Shown here: positions 26,901 through 39,540 of the stretch, piece by piece | How positions within the stretch are numbered: position 1 is the first letter of the stretch | How the letters are laid out: every line of letters begins with the position of its first letter | Origin: Takakia lepidozioides | Lineage: Eukaryota; Plantae; Bryophyta | Assembly: GCA_030704615.1 (NCBI GenBank) | Contig: CM060734.1 | Coordinates: 4,588,001-4,652,000 of the forward strand | Direction: 5' to 3' | Length of the DNA: 64,000 nucleotides | Position numbers and translations under genes: made by a program | The notes under the pieces: model-generated | What the model saw: the letters and a program-made list of their open reading frames with translations, nothing else | Databases searched by the model: none | What the model was told of the DNA's origin: nothing

Positions 26901-27656
26901 GGAAGAGGCCATCATGGTGTATTGTTAAGCTCTGGACAATTGGGCAGCAGTGTTGAAGATTTGCAACGAGCACATGATAGGCTCGACAAGGCTGAGGAGG
27001 AGTTGAACAAGGGTCAATCTCTTGACCATTACATTATGCTTGGAGTGGAGGTAGGATCTTCTGCCAACGAGATCAAGAAAGCGTACAGAAAAGCTGCACT
27101 TCGTCATCATCCTGACAAGGCTGGCCAATTTTTGGTGCGCACAAGTGAGAATGGAGATGATCCAGGCCTCTGGAAGGATGTAGGTGATGAAGTGCAACTT
27201 CGTCGTGATGGTGAGCGATTGATTGATGAGGTTCGTCGGGATGCTGAGCGGTTGTTTAAGCTTATAGGGGAAGCTTACGCTGTGCTGTCTGACCCATCCA
27301 AACGGCTTCGGTATGATGCCAATGAAGAGTTGCGAAAGCTGCGGACACGGACAAATGACCTGGCACGAAGTGTCTTCTTTGGAGCCAATGAGCGGAAGCA
27401 TTCTCGAACGAATGATGGAGGGCAGTCCAAGTGGGGCAGCTCTGGTGTTGGGGAACCTGGCAATCAATCCCGGGCTAGGCGGCAACGCGATCACTGGGAT
27501 GGTTTCAACTACCAATATCAGAGGTGGCAAACAGGTCCTGATGCTGCGCAACCTGACATTTATGCCCGGAGGGGTCGACCCACTGGGTCGAATTACAGTA
27601 CATCCAATAGGGCCACTCCATGGCGCTGGGAAGACTATTCTTGGGATGATACATAG
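23943..27656 (+). CDS. TPR-repeat plus C-terminal J-domain co-chaperone (DNAJC7/plant TPR15-TPR16 type), single exon
   Basis: Uninterrupted ORF (1242 aa from GTG 23928; first ATG 23943). Ser-rich N-terminus with FxF motifs; TPRs (RGNQAYSSGDFRKAEEFYS, CYSNRAA, EGNKAFQAGKHAEALEHYT); J-domain EIKKAYRKAALRHHPDK...FKLIGEAYAVLSD. Confidence 0.92.
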   Translation: MGIQSVGAPHGPGPLFPSLSDGSRQNQAEFADGIESKGVKFWSDACSAIPMGPFVFGASVPKQGDAAGSGSAAHISPELRFGAIAGASSLSSTGGGCVSRSVSVSELLDFRAAKSGKLPQERAGTPVDSEAVTSKFSAFNIGSSATPSSRADGSSGQDRVLPVAGDAKSATMSFASFAVGLHPVGTSDNSTTPSLSSSWQFVFSAGSASGAKPSNPSSLIDAGQDKSSMLPVSNSQEIKDEKGLSGPAFVFTGTSRSGVLPTCTDEQASTPPPVVSSNPNPSFTFCANGETKGGAPKIKKEKIQHRPLRPGQRPVLKGKKGPPNTREELETAAPSPSRAGVSLDFSMQDSTQPAPRSQSGVPDLCKPQVPPLRTVEDEEVEGPGRRGTEASVNISLSKLRAVAVELNLGAKPELAVGSSSSSFKFKDHSLLWATKSDSGETASTAGFESNWKNSSLGDAQVAVDGPENAWMDEGNMETLKVPEGVGCTTTSTIPRVEVECSNAWSPFTFTASPSGVSSSTLRRRARRVQKERATGRVGLVSKVAGAVPGIPASVGDASKTGPFSGIRSNSWLSAPSNSSLGCGEDVSSPGAVGAAAAEQCEQWRLRGNQAYSSGDFRKAEEFYSLGARSVSSHENSQSCVRASMLCYSNRAATRMVVGRMREALADCMHAMAVDPNFFRVQLRAANCHLALGETEAAAAAFKECLRGVKDSKQPNSKILAEASEGLRKAQQVEDYTGLVRKLLGNTICDANTALRLLNDALLSSPQSEWLLELKACVLISVQRYNEAVQLCEQSLPLAERNYAVEERGNSNGEASKLLGPLGWRWRLTSKAKFHLGKLEDSLEILQRLQDGPPAIPANEAGGPGGMAAEIVVPSMAIIRDLLRHKAEGNKAFQAGKHAEALEHYTAALARNGESRPFCAVCLCNRAAASQALGHVADAIADCSRAIALDPRYAKAISRRAALHEKVRDYGQACHDLRRLITIQVQQGRGHHGVLLSSGQLGSSVEDLQRAHDRLDKAEEELNKGQSLDHYIMLGVEVGSSANEIKKAYRKAALRHHPDKAGQFLVRTSENGDDPGLWKDVGDEVQLRRDGERLIDEVRRDAERLFKLIGEAYAVLSDPSKRLRYDANEELRKLRTRTNDLARSVFFGANERKHSRTNDGGQSKWGSSGVGEPGNQSRARRQRDHWDGFNYQYQRWQTGPDAAQPDIYARRGRPTGSNYSTSNRATPWRWEDYSWDDT

Positions 27657-28733
27657 TAGGCTTCATGTGATGTGTCTCCATGTGAAAAATGAATAAGTTT
27701 GGCTGCCTGCCTCGATGGCCATTGTAGTACCAGCCATCTCCTTCAAAAAGTTGTAAGCTTATAGTCGCACTACAAAGGTGGTCTTTAAGCCATCTCCTTG
27801 TTTTATAGCTTACTGTAGTGATGTGGTTAGGGTCCAATTCGTTGGAATAGGTCTTGCATTTCTCTCATCTGTCTACAGGAATTCTTACAGAAGTCTACCC
27901 TTGGAAGGTACCTCCATTATTTTGGAAGGAGGCACTTATGAGTGCTGGCTGCAACCAGCATCTCTCTTGCAGGGGCCATTGAGCTGTCATCTCCTCGAAG
28001 AATGTTGTATTTTTGTCACACAGCAGGGGTCGTTCGCCAGTCATCAGTCGTTCATTTGACTCGACTGTCGATTTTTTGTACACTTAATGTCTTCCTAACC
28101 TCAAAATTGGAGTGCTACATTATGTTTGAGCTTTGTGATGCATCCTTTATGGTTACATTCTACTTGAGCTGCTCTGTGATGCACATTGTGTTGTCACAGT
28201 GTACTGAAGGTTACTGAGCAGGTGTGTCATGGACCTCACCATGGAAGCTGATCTCACCTCCGCACGGATTGCCTGCCCAGGGAGTGCTGCAAGACAGGAA
28301 TGCCAAGCTACAATCTGCAGACCTGGCTGCTTTGCCCATCTCGAACAGAGTGCCTGAACCGCCGGAGCACTGTTGGGCTGCTAGTTGTGCAATAAATATA
28401 TCAGTACTCCCCTTTCTTTTGAATCAGTGCTTTTGGCCAACACTTGGAAGATAGAAAAGGGATTTTGTGACGCAAACTACTGTCTGGCCTACCCCAATTT
28501 CCACTAGGTACTATTCACTGAATGAGAGTATGTTCTGTAAGGACAAAGAAAATCAGTAGTGCCCCTTCATAGACCTCGTAGACCTCTCATACAATTAGTC
28601 CTCACCGGTTAGCTCCCACCCTCCGTCTCCAACCTAAGCGCTTTGAGCTGAGCAAGCAACAACCTGAGCTAGGGGCTTAAGTCCAGCAGGAAGGCGGGCA
28701 TGCGAAGGGCTGCACACAATACAGTCGCAAATC

Positions 28734-31700
28734 GTGTCTGAGCATCCGAGGTCACACACCCAACTTCGACAACTTGAAAACGGATACTTCAAGAACGTCT
28801 GCCTTGATAAAACCTTAGTTGTCCAAGTAGGGTTTTCAAATGCTGTCGGTGAGCGCAACGATGGAGCACCATGGACCCCTGCAAGCTTCTCCATCGCTGT
28901 AGATGCCAAGATGGAGGCCCACACCACGTCATCCGAGGCCGATCCTTCGCTCCGTTGGTGGTGTGAGGCTGTTCCACAACGTATGGAGATTTTCGCTACA
29001 CAGATTCCGTCTGGGAGGAAAGTATCAGCAAATGCGGTCGCGGTTCCTGATTGCGAGCGCTGGACGGATTTGGGCAGCTTTACTACTGCGCTTGGCTGTG
29101 CGGATCTGGTACTGATGCTGTCTGTGCATTTCTTGGAGTCTTTCTTATCACTTTTTTTTAGTCTTTGTTCAACTGTGAGTTCAGAGTGTACTAGGCTCTC
29201 ATATTGATATATGTTTCTTGGAAAGAAGCGAACAAAAGTTTTGTTGTTACTTCAAATAGATTGCGTGCAAGAAACACAACTGATTTGGTTATGCTTCATT
29301 GTTCATAGCCCACTCTGGGCGGAGGGGGGGGGCGTTTGTATGCATCTAGCCTCTCAATCGATACCTGGACATGAGCATTTCCATGCGCGCACCTGCGACC
29401 AATATGACTAGAGCTGCGTCCAACAGAACTAGACGTCATCGTTACCTACATGCACATGTCCTTGGAGACTGTTGGGAGTTTTAAAGTATACCAAATTGAC
29501 CGATGAATCCGAAGGGGACAGCCTCTGCGAGCATTGATAATGAAAAATAGGATCATGGGAATCAGAAAGCGTTGTAAATCACATTACTCTGACACGTCTC
29601 GGATTGGTAGTAATAATATGGGAAGAGTGACTACGGAATGAGCAGTTGCTTTTTTGCAGGCTTCCAAGGCCCACGTCCTCAAGTATCTGTCATCGTTTTT
29701 GTTATGTGCGACAGCAACAGTTAGGCTCCCATCACCAACTGCTGTGGAAGAACTTGTGCTGCCAGCCTTTGTGGGAACTACAAAGGTCGGATTACAGTAT
29801 GATGGTTTGATGGACCTTCATGATTTGCTTTTCCAGGAGCTTGCGCAGCGAGTACCTTTATTCTCAGATTCTTGCTCTACGGCAGGACGATGTGGCACCA
29901 CAAACTATGGCACAATGTCCATGGCACAAATGCAAATAAAAGTCACTGGTTATGTGCTTCGTTGCTGCATCCATATCCTACCTCTAATTGAGTTATTTGA
30001 CACTGGTCTGCGAAATAAGGCAGGAATAGCGTTGGATGCACTATTCCAGAAGCTTTGCTCCCCGTCAGACCTGTGGTTATTTCTTGGACGTGGTGCCGAT
30101 AAGCTTCAAAGCCACAGCCAAGGTCAGGTGATGAGTATGAGAAGCATTTGTTTTGAATGCCAACAACAGCCCCAAGAATATATGGGGGGTGGCACAGCAG
30201 CTCGTGCAATGAGCATGAATGATGGAAGCCATCCAGGCAGAGATTGTATGGACTGTGGTGCAATGGAAGAGCATGCCTCCGAGATCCTACCCCATCGAGC
30301 TCTGACTTTCTGTGCCATGCTTGAGGTATTGCTAAGTTGCAACATGTGATTCCCATTTCTATTAGATTTGTGTACATGTTTGAAGGGACATATAGGAACA
30401 GTCCTTAGATTGTTGGTGGGAGTGTTTACTCCCATCCCCTTTTCACCAGAATCTAAGTAATACCTGCCCTATAATTTTCTTGACACTGGGAGAGACTGCC
30501 TGTTTGATGTGTTCACTACACTCAATGAAAATATTTCTGTTTTACATTGCAGTTACAGTCATTTAATTGTTAATTCATCCTTGACCTTGGAATGGTGATA
30601 GTGCAGGTGTACATGGATGAACAGCTGCTGCATCCTGATATAAGTTTTCTGGAGGAGACTACTCATGGTCCCCTTGATGAGGATGTGTGCCCGATACTGG
30701 ATGCAGCTTTCATGCACATTGTCCTCTCATTGTTATCAACCAGTGAGTCACACCTACTATATTGTCTTCCTGGTCTTTGTGGACCCAAGATTCGAAATTG
30801 TGGATTGAGCTTACAAGCTGGGGTGAAGCTGCTGGATAGTGCAATCAACCATGGCATGCCAAGGCTCTTCCTTTCACATGTTGCAAATCTGGTGGCTGGA
30901 GGTTTGGAAGAAGCTGCAACTCCCCCACATGGCCAAACAGCGTCCTGTAAGATAAATCTTGATTCAGGCCTCTCAAGCTTCAAGGGCCCTGAAAAAATTG
31001 ACAGCCTTCCAGAATTTCCTGCTATTGCTGCACTCCCACGAAAGTGGTTTGCAAGATTGTCATATCTGTCCTACTTCACAAGAGACTATCAGAGTGTCAG
31101 TACAGAAAGAGATTCAATTGACTTGAAGTCGTCGCCTCCTCAAGTTACGCTCAGCCTTGCTTCTGCAGTCCTGGAGAGGGCAGTGTGTCTGTACATGAGG
31201 TACTCTTTAGCCCCTCAATCATCAAGTGAGCATGCCTGTATGCACAGGAGTCAGAGTACAAGCCATGGTTTCCAGAACCCTTCACTAGAGCCTTGTCTAT
31301 TGAAGTACCAGGCTTTTAGGGGTCTTTTGGGCGAAAAGGTGGATGTGGCATTGCGTATGATGCTGGAGGACCGTGGATTGAAGGAGCAAATCCCACCAAC
31401 TTACTGTCCTTGCCGTAATGAAGAGGGCGAGTTGATCTTTGTGGCTGCCATTTTGCATCTGATGGGCTCTGCATTAGATACAATTTCCCGAATAGTTGAC
31501 AAGTCGAGGCAGGTGGCAGAAATATTTCACTCCTCTCGTCACAGCGATAGGGACTCGAAGGATACTCAACTTGAGGATACGGACATCACTCTGGATTCTA
31601 TTTTCGTAGGTGTTGCTGGGGCTTTTAATCAGTGCCATTCCCTCACAGGCGAGGTCATGCAAGCTGGAACTGTTGGTGATGCCCTCATTTTCTTTGCTGA

Positions 31701-34181
31701 CATGCTATACTTTGAAGCACAAAAGGGCATGCCAGAGTTGCTTTTAAAAGAGTATCTTCATGTGCTAGAATCCTTAGTTATAATCTTACTCATGGAGGAT
31801 AAGAGAATAAGCCAAATTTCAGAACCAGTTGACGTTGTTGATTCCCATTGTAGGCCTCACCAGGGCAGCTCCAATAGTTCTCTAGTTAGTGTGGACCATA
31901 GCTTACAGGGAAGGTGTGCTGAGGAAGTGACTGGTGCACACGAGCAGACACTACATGGAGTCACACCTGCTTGCTATGTAGGAGCCATTGTTGGGATTCT
32001 GTTTGAAGTTCTCGAGGACCCATTATTTGAGGTAAAATGTCTTGTTTCCCTCTGACATATTGTTGTTTCCCCCTCTCTCTTCTGTCTGTGAATTGAAGAG
32101 GATTGAATCCCACATATGAACTTACAGCTGCATATAGTAGTTGCAGTGGATAGTATTGGTATAGTCTTTTGATCCAGTGGAAATGGAAATCCTACTCGTC
32201 AAGTGTCCTGGAACAACCCATACAGAATTGATGGTGAAGGATTCCAGGTTGTACAACAGAAGGCTGCTCCGATCATTCTGCAAACTAACAACTTTCTGAA
32301 CGATCTTTGCGAATTCATGGACAACCTCTTGTCATCTAGTGCATGGCGAGAAGTTGTTCTCACAGAGAGGGAAAGAGAGATTGTGGAGCGACAAAGACAC
32401 AGGAAATTGCAGACGATCAACAGGTTGTTCATGGACCTTCCTCCTCGTCAGTATTTGATATTCATGTGTATCCTCCACCTGAGGTGTGATTAATCCAATG
32501 TCCTGGGCAAACGGATGGCTGGTATCACACTGATGTCTGTAAGGCATGGCCTGGCAAAGTTTGTATGTACTGGCATCCGATTCTCTAGGAAAGTATGAGG
32601 CATTCTTGTCACATTAGTCGGTGCCACCTCACGTTCCCACCTTTGAACAAGAGGCAGATGCCAGAACAAGTCAAGCAAACACTAAAATTCTACTGGCTAT
32701 TGCCAGCATCATTCTCTTATTGCAGGGAGACAAGACCAGATGTATTTCAGGGTGGAAGAGGACCTTGCATTTACTGCGGGGAGGCAGAATTGGGTACGCC
32801 TCAGAATGGAACAGGGTCGTTCAGTGGCGAGGAAGACAAGATTGTCCATGAAGTACCATGTAGATCAAGTAGGGAAGGATGTCCCACCATGGAACCAGTA
32901 AAGGGACAGCCAACCCATGATTGTGGGGTTTCAGCACAAGCTGAGGGAAGTACACCAGAAAAAAGGGGAATTTCTTTGTTAGAATGGAATCAATTGCGGC
33001 CCTCAACTCTGGATATTATGAAAAAGATGAAGCTCGCACGTTCTCCAGATGGGTCGTGCACTTCACATCGAGACAGGTCATTTTTCAGATCCCATTTGGT
33101 TGTAGTAGCTAGCATTCCAGTGCGAAAGAGCATGAAGAGAGTGACATACACTCTCTCCAAACCATTGAACAAAATACAGATGCAGGGAGGAAAGAGTGAT
33201 TGTCAATATCCAATGTGTGGGTGACCTGAAGACAGTATCCATTTTCTGATACAATGTCGGGTATTCTCATCAGAGTGCGACCCTCTTCAGGACTATCAAA
33301 GAACGTAGTCCGTGCACCTCTGTTCACCAACTTTCAAAATCTCAAGGCTGAGCCTAAAGCCCTGGCCCCCTTTTGGGGTCTAATTGCTGGGCAGCTCATG
33401 CACAGCACATTGATGCATGCTTGAAGGGCTTTCTAGAGGAAATCTGGAAAGCCTGAACCAATTGTTTATACCGAGGTAAGTCCTACTACTGTGAGCCGCT
33501 CACAAAGGTAGTGTCTCCCTCTTGTTCTGCCCAAATCCATGCCTGCAAGGCTTCGGTAAACAACTTCTCATGAGTACATTCTCTCTCTCAAACCAAACCC
33601 CAGACCTTGGAGTGCCTCTGGGTCTTTTTGTTGTCTATGGACATGGTGAAATAACTCTTTTCCCGTTTCTTGCTTGGTTTGTTCTTTCTCATAAGCGAGG
33701 GTTGTGTCAGATCAGGGGCATAGTACGGAGACCAACATTCTGTGATTTAGCATATCTATTTCAGGCCTTGCACTGGTGATTAGAGACCCCAGTACAAGCC
33801 ACTGGATGGTTGATATCCTGCGGGAGCTATCGCAGTTTATGGTCCAATACTCACTTTTATCTTTCTGTGAATTGTAGGTTACTCCCAGAATCAGTATCAG
33901 AGGCGAAGAAATCTCCTAGCCTTGCTGCTCCAGTCTGCACCTCTCACATTGAGCCAACTGAGGGTGGGAACCAGTATGTGACAGAGGTCCTCAAGTTAGA
34001 AAGGACCTCCGATAAGGACAACTTCGATGACTTGAAGGACTTCATTGTCTGCAAGAAGAGCCGAAGTTACACAAAATGGTTGAGTCAGCGAATCAAATGC
34101 CGGCGGCGTCAGCATACAGGGGAAATCTGGAAGCGGCTTCAGGAGAAGAGGAAACTGCTGTCACTGCTTGATCTTGTTTAA
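28734..34181 (+). CDS. Multi-exon uncharacterised plant protein; exon boundaries approximate
   Basis: Long co-directional ORFs 28734-29207, 29654-30349, 30592-32055, 32203-32493 and 33810-34181 with AG/GT edges. The C-terminus DNFDDLKDFIVCKKSRSYTKWL resembles a conserved land-plant protein tail (recalled, not searched). Confidence 0.6.
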
Positions 34182-34540
34182 CCACTGCTACATTTTTGGT
34201 AGTTGACAACTGCTTGCTCAAAGCTGCACTGTGTATTTGTAGTTTCTCATGCCCTTGATAGGGGTGTTACAGAAGTTGAAGGCAGCAGATATACCATGCA
34301 GCAGAAAGTGAGATTTGATCTTGCTGTTCAAGTACTTGGAAAGTAGGGCTCAGCACTGAGCACCAAGATTTAGGGAGATTCTCAGCACCTGTCATGCAGG
34401 AATAGATGAATAAATGCAGGTCTTCTGCAAGTGTGTCTCTCTCCTTCGATGGTGGATGCCTCCCCTGCCCTCCCTGTGCAATCCTGCTTGGATTGCTGCG
34501 TTGGGTTGTGTTGTTTGGAGGTTGAACGAGGAGAGACATC

Positions 34541-34888
34541 ATGCCCAAGAACAAGGGAAAGGGAGGGAAGAACAGGAAAAGGGGTAAGAACGAAGCGGAG
34601 GATGAAAAGTGAGAACTGGTGTTCAAAGAAGATGGGCAGGAGTACTCGCAAGTGCTGTGGATCACATCGGGTGACATCATTCTGGTGGGCCTCAGGGATT
34701 ACCAAGACGATAAAGCAGATGTGATTCTCAAGTACCAGCCTGACGAAGCCCGGCTTTTGAAAGCCTACGGCGAGCTTCCTGAGAATGTGCGGCTGAACGA
34801 GGGTATTGCAGGCGGGGTGGACGAGGAGGAAGAGGGCGGCGGTGATGATTACATTGAGTTCGAGGATGAGGACATCGATAGGATCTGA
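34541..34888 (+). pseudogene. eIF1A: Translation initiation factor eIF1A pseudogene
   Basis: MPKNKGKGGKNRKRGKNE...[11 protein letters not shown]...[22 protein letters not shown]...EDEDIDRI. In-frame TGA at 34610; the RMLGNGR...RGK segment is deleted. Confidence 0.92.
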
Positions 34889-36004
34889 TATCATATTTTC
34901 TGATGCAGTCAGAGTGGAGGCATGCATGAGGTCTCCCGTGGCCTATTTTCGTGGGTGTTGATTGTGCCTGCATAGATGGTGTGTAAAGTGAGCTGGGCAG
35001 GTCTTCTCTGGCATGATGTATGCTTCTTCCTCGCTTTCCGGGGGCTTTAAGATTGACGGTCAGAGGAATTTTAGGTTATTTAATTTGGCAGTCCATGTTC
35101 ACCATGGTTGCAAGGCTAAGTGGATGCAATTTCTATGCTCAGTCTTATAGACACACTGTATCTGTCTCTCTTATGCATGCGCTGTGACACGACATGTGAG
35201 TTGGTAGGTGAAGAGATTACTTGCTGACTCGACAGTGCTGAAGAACTTCATACTGGCAGCGCAAATGGAGAAGCTCACCTATCTGGAGCTGGATATCTAA
35301 ATCTATTTGATGATCACTCGCACACTAATCAACTCTATTGAAGGACCTACTTACATGTAGATTTAAGGCTTGACTGTGGCCACTGGGATTAGATAGGACA
35401 CGAATTTGCATTAACCCAACTGGCATTAAGGAATTGAATATGTTCCACAAACATCACTACAGTGGGGTTACTTAAAAGTTAATGATACAGTTACAGCTAT
35501 CAAATTAACACAGCCTAGAGTAGCAGGCTCACAACTCAAAAGGCCAATGGACCCATGAGCACACTGCTTGCATTGTGATAATTACCCCCAAGATAAAGCC
35601 ATGGATAGAGGTAAACATAGTTAGTGCAGGCCATGGCAAAATAAAATCAATACATAACATATACCCTTTTCAAGTTTGTGGAATGGTTTTGAGTAAAGGA
35701 GAAGATAAACTAAAATGTTTAGACCACAAAAGTGGTGATCCATGTGTACCAACTGCTCATATTTCACTGGATTCATCACCCTTTTTTATTTTTATTTTTA
35801 TTGGCTCCTCCCTAAAGAGGAGACTACCCATCACTGTCAAAAAACTGTCAACTCCCTGTTACACCTTCCCCAACTCCAATTACACCTTTTCCAGATAACA
35901 CCTTCCCCAGATAACACCTTCCTCAATTGAATACCTAATACATATTTAAAAGTTATTTTTACGTATCTAAATATATACATATTTAGGGTTGTATTTCAAG
36001 ATGT

Positions 36005-36078
36005 GAGTATACTATAGTGGTAAGGGTTATGTTCATAAGGCGTAGGCATGCGGGTTCAAACCCAGGTTCGTGCTTTTG
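36005..36078 (+). mobile_element. tRNA-derived SINE-like relic
   Basis: A-box-like TAGTGGT and B-box GGTTCAAACCC followed by a T-run; no complete cloverleaf. Similar relics at ~40570-40625(-) and ~42650-42710(-). Confidence 0.35.
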
Positions 36079-36700
36079 TTTTATCCCCTGTTGGTCCACC
36101 CTATGTACACGACACGCATGCAACTCTCTCCCCTCGCCTTTTCCCCACCAACGCCGCCGCAGCTCCACCCGCATGAAAACTCACTGTGAGTGTCTCTGTC
36201 TCTTCTATTTTCTTCCTTGTTGATGTAAGTTGTTTCTTTTTTGTTTTGCATTGCCCTAATCCCCCTTCTATTTTGTTGTGGCAGCTTATGCCAGCATCTG
36301 AGAATATAAAGACTATAGATGGTGGGAGGCTATGATTGAAAGTTGGTATTTCCATAAGATCAAACATTGGATTGTCATGTGATTTCTCCTAAATATATCC
36401 CCAGTTTTATGCAGAACAGGAGGGGATAACACATTCAACGAAGAACTGGGTTCTGCCAGTCCTAAACCTATGTGTCAGTGGTTGGTAGACATGGCTAGCG
36501 GCCGATGGACAACGAAGAGTTTTACTGTGGTAGCCACGAGTATTTTTTAGATGGAACTTTAGGTTTGTATGTCACATTTTACCATGGTTTGTTTGGTACA
36601 CGTCCGCGCACAATTTTCTTTTTGGTGAGGATTGAGTTGACTTCCTGTTTGATTTGCTCATACTCAAAAGTTTTGAACTTGTAGGGTTTCATGTGTCCAG

Positions 36701-37303
36701 TTTCCAGGGGAATCAAGATTTGTGTGGAACAGTGGTTGGTAAGCAGTGTCCAGGACAACCCCCATTACCTCCCCCTCCTCCATACGAGCCACCTCCCTCT
36801 CCTTGTGGCCAATCCAGTGACCCATGTAAATGCCTCTGATCCTCAAATTCCTAGGTTCAGGCACTGGTCTTGCCCTCTAGTGTTATCCCTCCTACAGCTT
36901 TAAGTTTTAATGGAAGCTTAGGGTTACTGCTGATTATGCTTTTCTTTCAGTGTCTTTAAAGGCATGTTGGGAGTAAGCCTTAGTTGTAATTTAGTTGACA
37001 AGCATCCTCACTAGCCTGTATTCCAGCTATATGTTGCCCAGGGTGCCTTGGGTACAGAGAACGTTGATAGGACAACTGGCCTGGGTTAGTGCTCTAGTAC
37101 TTTGGCAGAGCACTTTGTGTCGAATCGCCTTAATCAAGATCATGTGCTCATGCAGCACGAAATTCGCAATCATCAAGTACATGAGCAATTGCTGGGGGGG
37201 GGGGGGTGGCTGCGGGTGTCGCTTTGCTGTTCGCAGTTCCAGCTATTGGCTTTGCCTGGTGGCGACGTCGCCGGGTCTGTGGAGGCCTTCTTAGATGTTC
37301 CTA
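36701..37303 (+). pseudogene. SERK: SERK-family LRR receptor kinase fragment (SPP exon and transmembrane exon)
   Basis: FQGNQDLCGTVVGKQCPGQPPLPPPPPYEPPP, then [35 protein letters not shown]. No LRR or kinase exons seen nearby. Confidence 0.85.
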
Positions 37304-38170
37304 GTATATGTAAAACACTGCATTTGTGCAAGAACAACACTGCAAGTGCAAAAAGAGGAGCGCAGCCCTGGTGGTGAGCTGCAGTTTCAAACAGAGATAA
37401 TTTTTGGACTCATGATTGCATTCAGTACTTCACCGCTACTCTCTGATCCTGTTGAGATGAGACATGATATTTACATGTGTAATGAGAGTCCACATAAGAG
37501 CAATTTGAGAATAGGGATTAATGGGGATGGAATAGATTGTGGGTTCCAAACTGATTAAGTGTTCGTTTTCTGCCCAAAAGGGTGGTCATGGTTTCCATTA
37601 CAGATGGATATCTTAGCATTCCACCTAACTAGGATCCTGGTGAAGCTTCTTGCAAGATCATTGTGGGTGTCTATTATCTACTCTCCTCTTCCTATTTCTT
37701 TTCTTTTCATGGTTTTATGATGAAAGGTGTAGGAGCCCCCTCCAGAATCAGGCTTAGCTTCAGCATCACAATTCAGTGTCATTGGGTTTGCATTCCAGTA
37801 TTTTGGGTTTTCCTAAGGCTGTCGCTGATGTTCTTTCTGGTCTTGTTTTGAAACCTCTCTTGAATATCAAGTTCAATGTGTGTTCAATTCCTGATACACT
37901 TTTTGAAACCATGCTGATTGCAGTAGTCTCTGGAGCACTGCATAGTCTTCATGGCTATTATGATCTTCCCTTATGATGCATGGCCCCAAGACACCCCTCT
38001 GACGCCATTGGACGTTTCGCAAACACCATTTTGTGGTCTGTTTGTTTCAAGCGTTCAATTCTGAAACTCTTTCCCTTGTGGTTGTAACATTAATGGTGCT
38101 GCTTTTGCTTCAATTTGCTGGAACGTTTGTGAAAAAAACAGTGCTTATTCATGTTTGGCATGTATACAGG

Positions 38171-38325
38171 TGGTAAACAAACATGAGGTAATGTTTGTCA
38201 GCAATGCTAGAAATAATGGACCATCATTGACCACTATGGGTGCACCAGGGGGCACAGCCTCCAGCATCTTGGGCATAGGGGCCTATGTGTCCCCTGCAAT
38301 GGCAAAAGCCGCTCACTCAATGGTA
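38171..38325 (+). pseudogene. TPP2: Tripeptidyl-peptidase II exon fragment
   Basis: VVNKHEVMFVSNARNNGPSLTTMGAPGGTASSILGIGAYVSPAMAKAAHSMV after a CAG acceptor. Confidence 0.85.
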
Positions 38326-39189
38326 GTTTTAGCTTATTCAGATCTCGGATCCCTTCAGGTCCCTTAAGATCCATCAATTTATATACAAATAATTGAGTTA
38401 CAAATTAAGAACTACTTAAAAAAATAATTAATTTCAATATATTAAGTCTTTATCGTATTTATATTTTCAATCTTTAGAAGCTAATACAATTATATTATAT
38501 ACTATAAACTCATTTTGTTGTGTTATCTTCTTGAAATTGTTGTATATCATTTAAAAAAAAATTGTAATTAATCAACATGTTTACTCTATATAAAAATTCT
38601 CATATTTATCAATCTCTAATTCTTTTTTAAATTTGTTACATATCTATATGTAAATGAATGTAGGTGTTTATTTTAATTTATATATTTAATTATTAAAGTA
38701 TTTTTTCAGTCTACCTAGTAATATCCATATATTTTCAACTTTTCAAAATCTCTAGTTTTCTTCAGATCTTAGATCCCTTCAGGTCCTTTAGATGCATCAA
38801 TTTATATACCATTTCACATCTACTAACATTAATATTACAAAATCATTTTTTTTATATTTCATATGCTCCTAAGGTTTATTATTATTATTTATCGTTTATT
38901 TCTTATATATATCATTTATAATTTACAATCTAACTCATGATGATCTATATTCCTCGACACAGATGACTTGTACGAAAAACAAATCAAGCAATATGTCGTT
39001 TTTATTATCCATTACCTCCTATGCATTTAACTTTGATTTTAGAACCTTTTCAACAAGACTTAGATGGAGCTTAGATGACAATCATACAAGACGATATGCA
39101 AAGATAGCAAACGATATATTTGATACACTAAATAAAATGGATGTTAATACAAATATTTCTTTCAGCAAACTGATTGGATTATTTAATTT

Positions 39190-39540
39190 AGAAATGGACA
39201 CATTTTTTTTTTTTTACGAAATCGACTGAAAAAACCAATATTTTTAAAAAGAGCATGTAAAAATATTCGCACACGTGTTAAATTAGCAACCAAGCGAGAA
39301 TCTGAATATATAGCTGCAACATTTAATTTGAATACCAGGAAAACAATTCACATAATTGCGGGGTATAAACCTCCAACACTACAATTAACTATTTTCTTGT
39401 ATTCTCTCAAAAAGCTCATTGATAATTTCCCACATACATGTCCAACTAATAAGGGATTTTAATGTAGATCTTTTACAGAGTAATATAGTAACAACAAATC
39501 AATTGCAAAAATTCATTGTCTTCTTTTCACATGCAACTCT
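39190..39540 (+). mobile_element. Decayed AT-rich AP-endonuclease (EEP) remnant, Helitron/Helentron- or LINE-derived
   Basis: Translates IHIIAGYKPP and, after a shift, DFNVDL (VYRPP / GDFN-like). Lies in very AT-rich DNA with a ~50-bp direct repeat at ~38337 and ~38761. Confidence 0.45.

Noticed and set aside
36005-36078. Functional tRNA genes here and at ~9530-9570, ~40570-40625, ~42650-42710, ~59980-60050
   Set aside because: Only A/B-box-like remnants; no complete cloverleaf could be folded.
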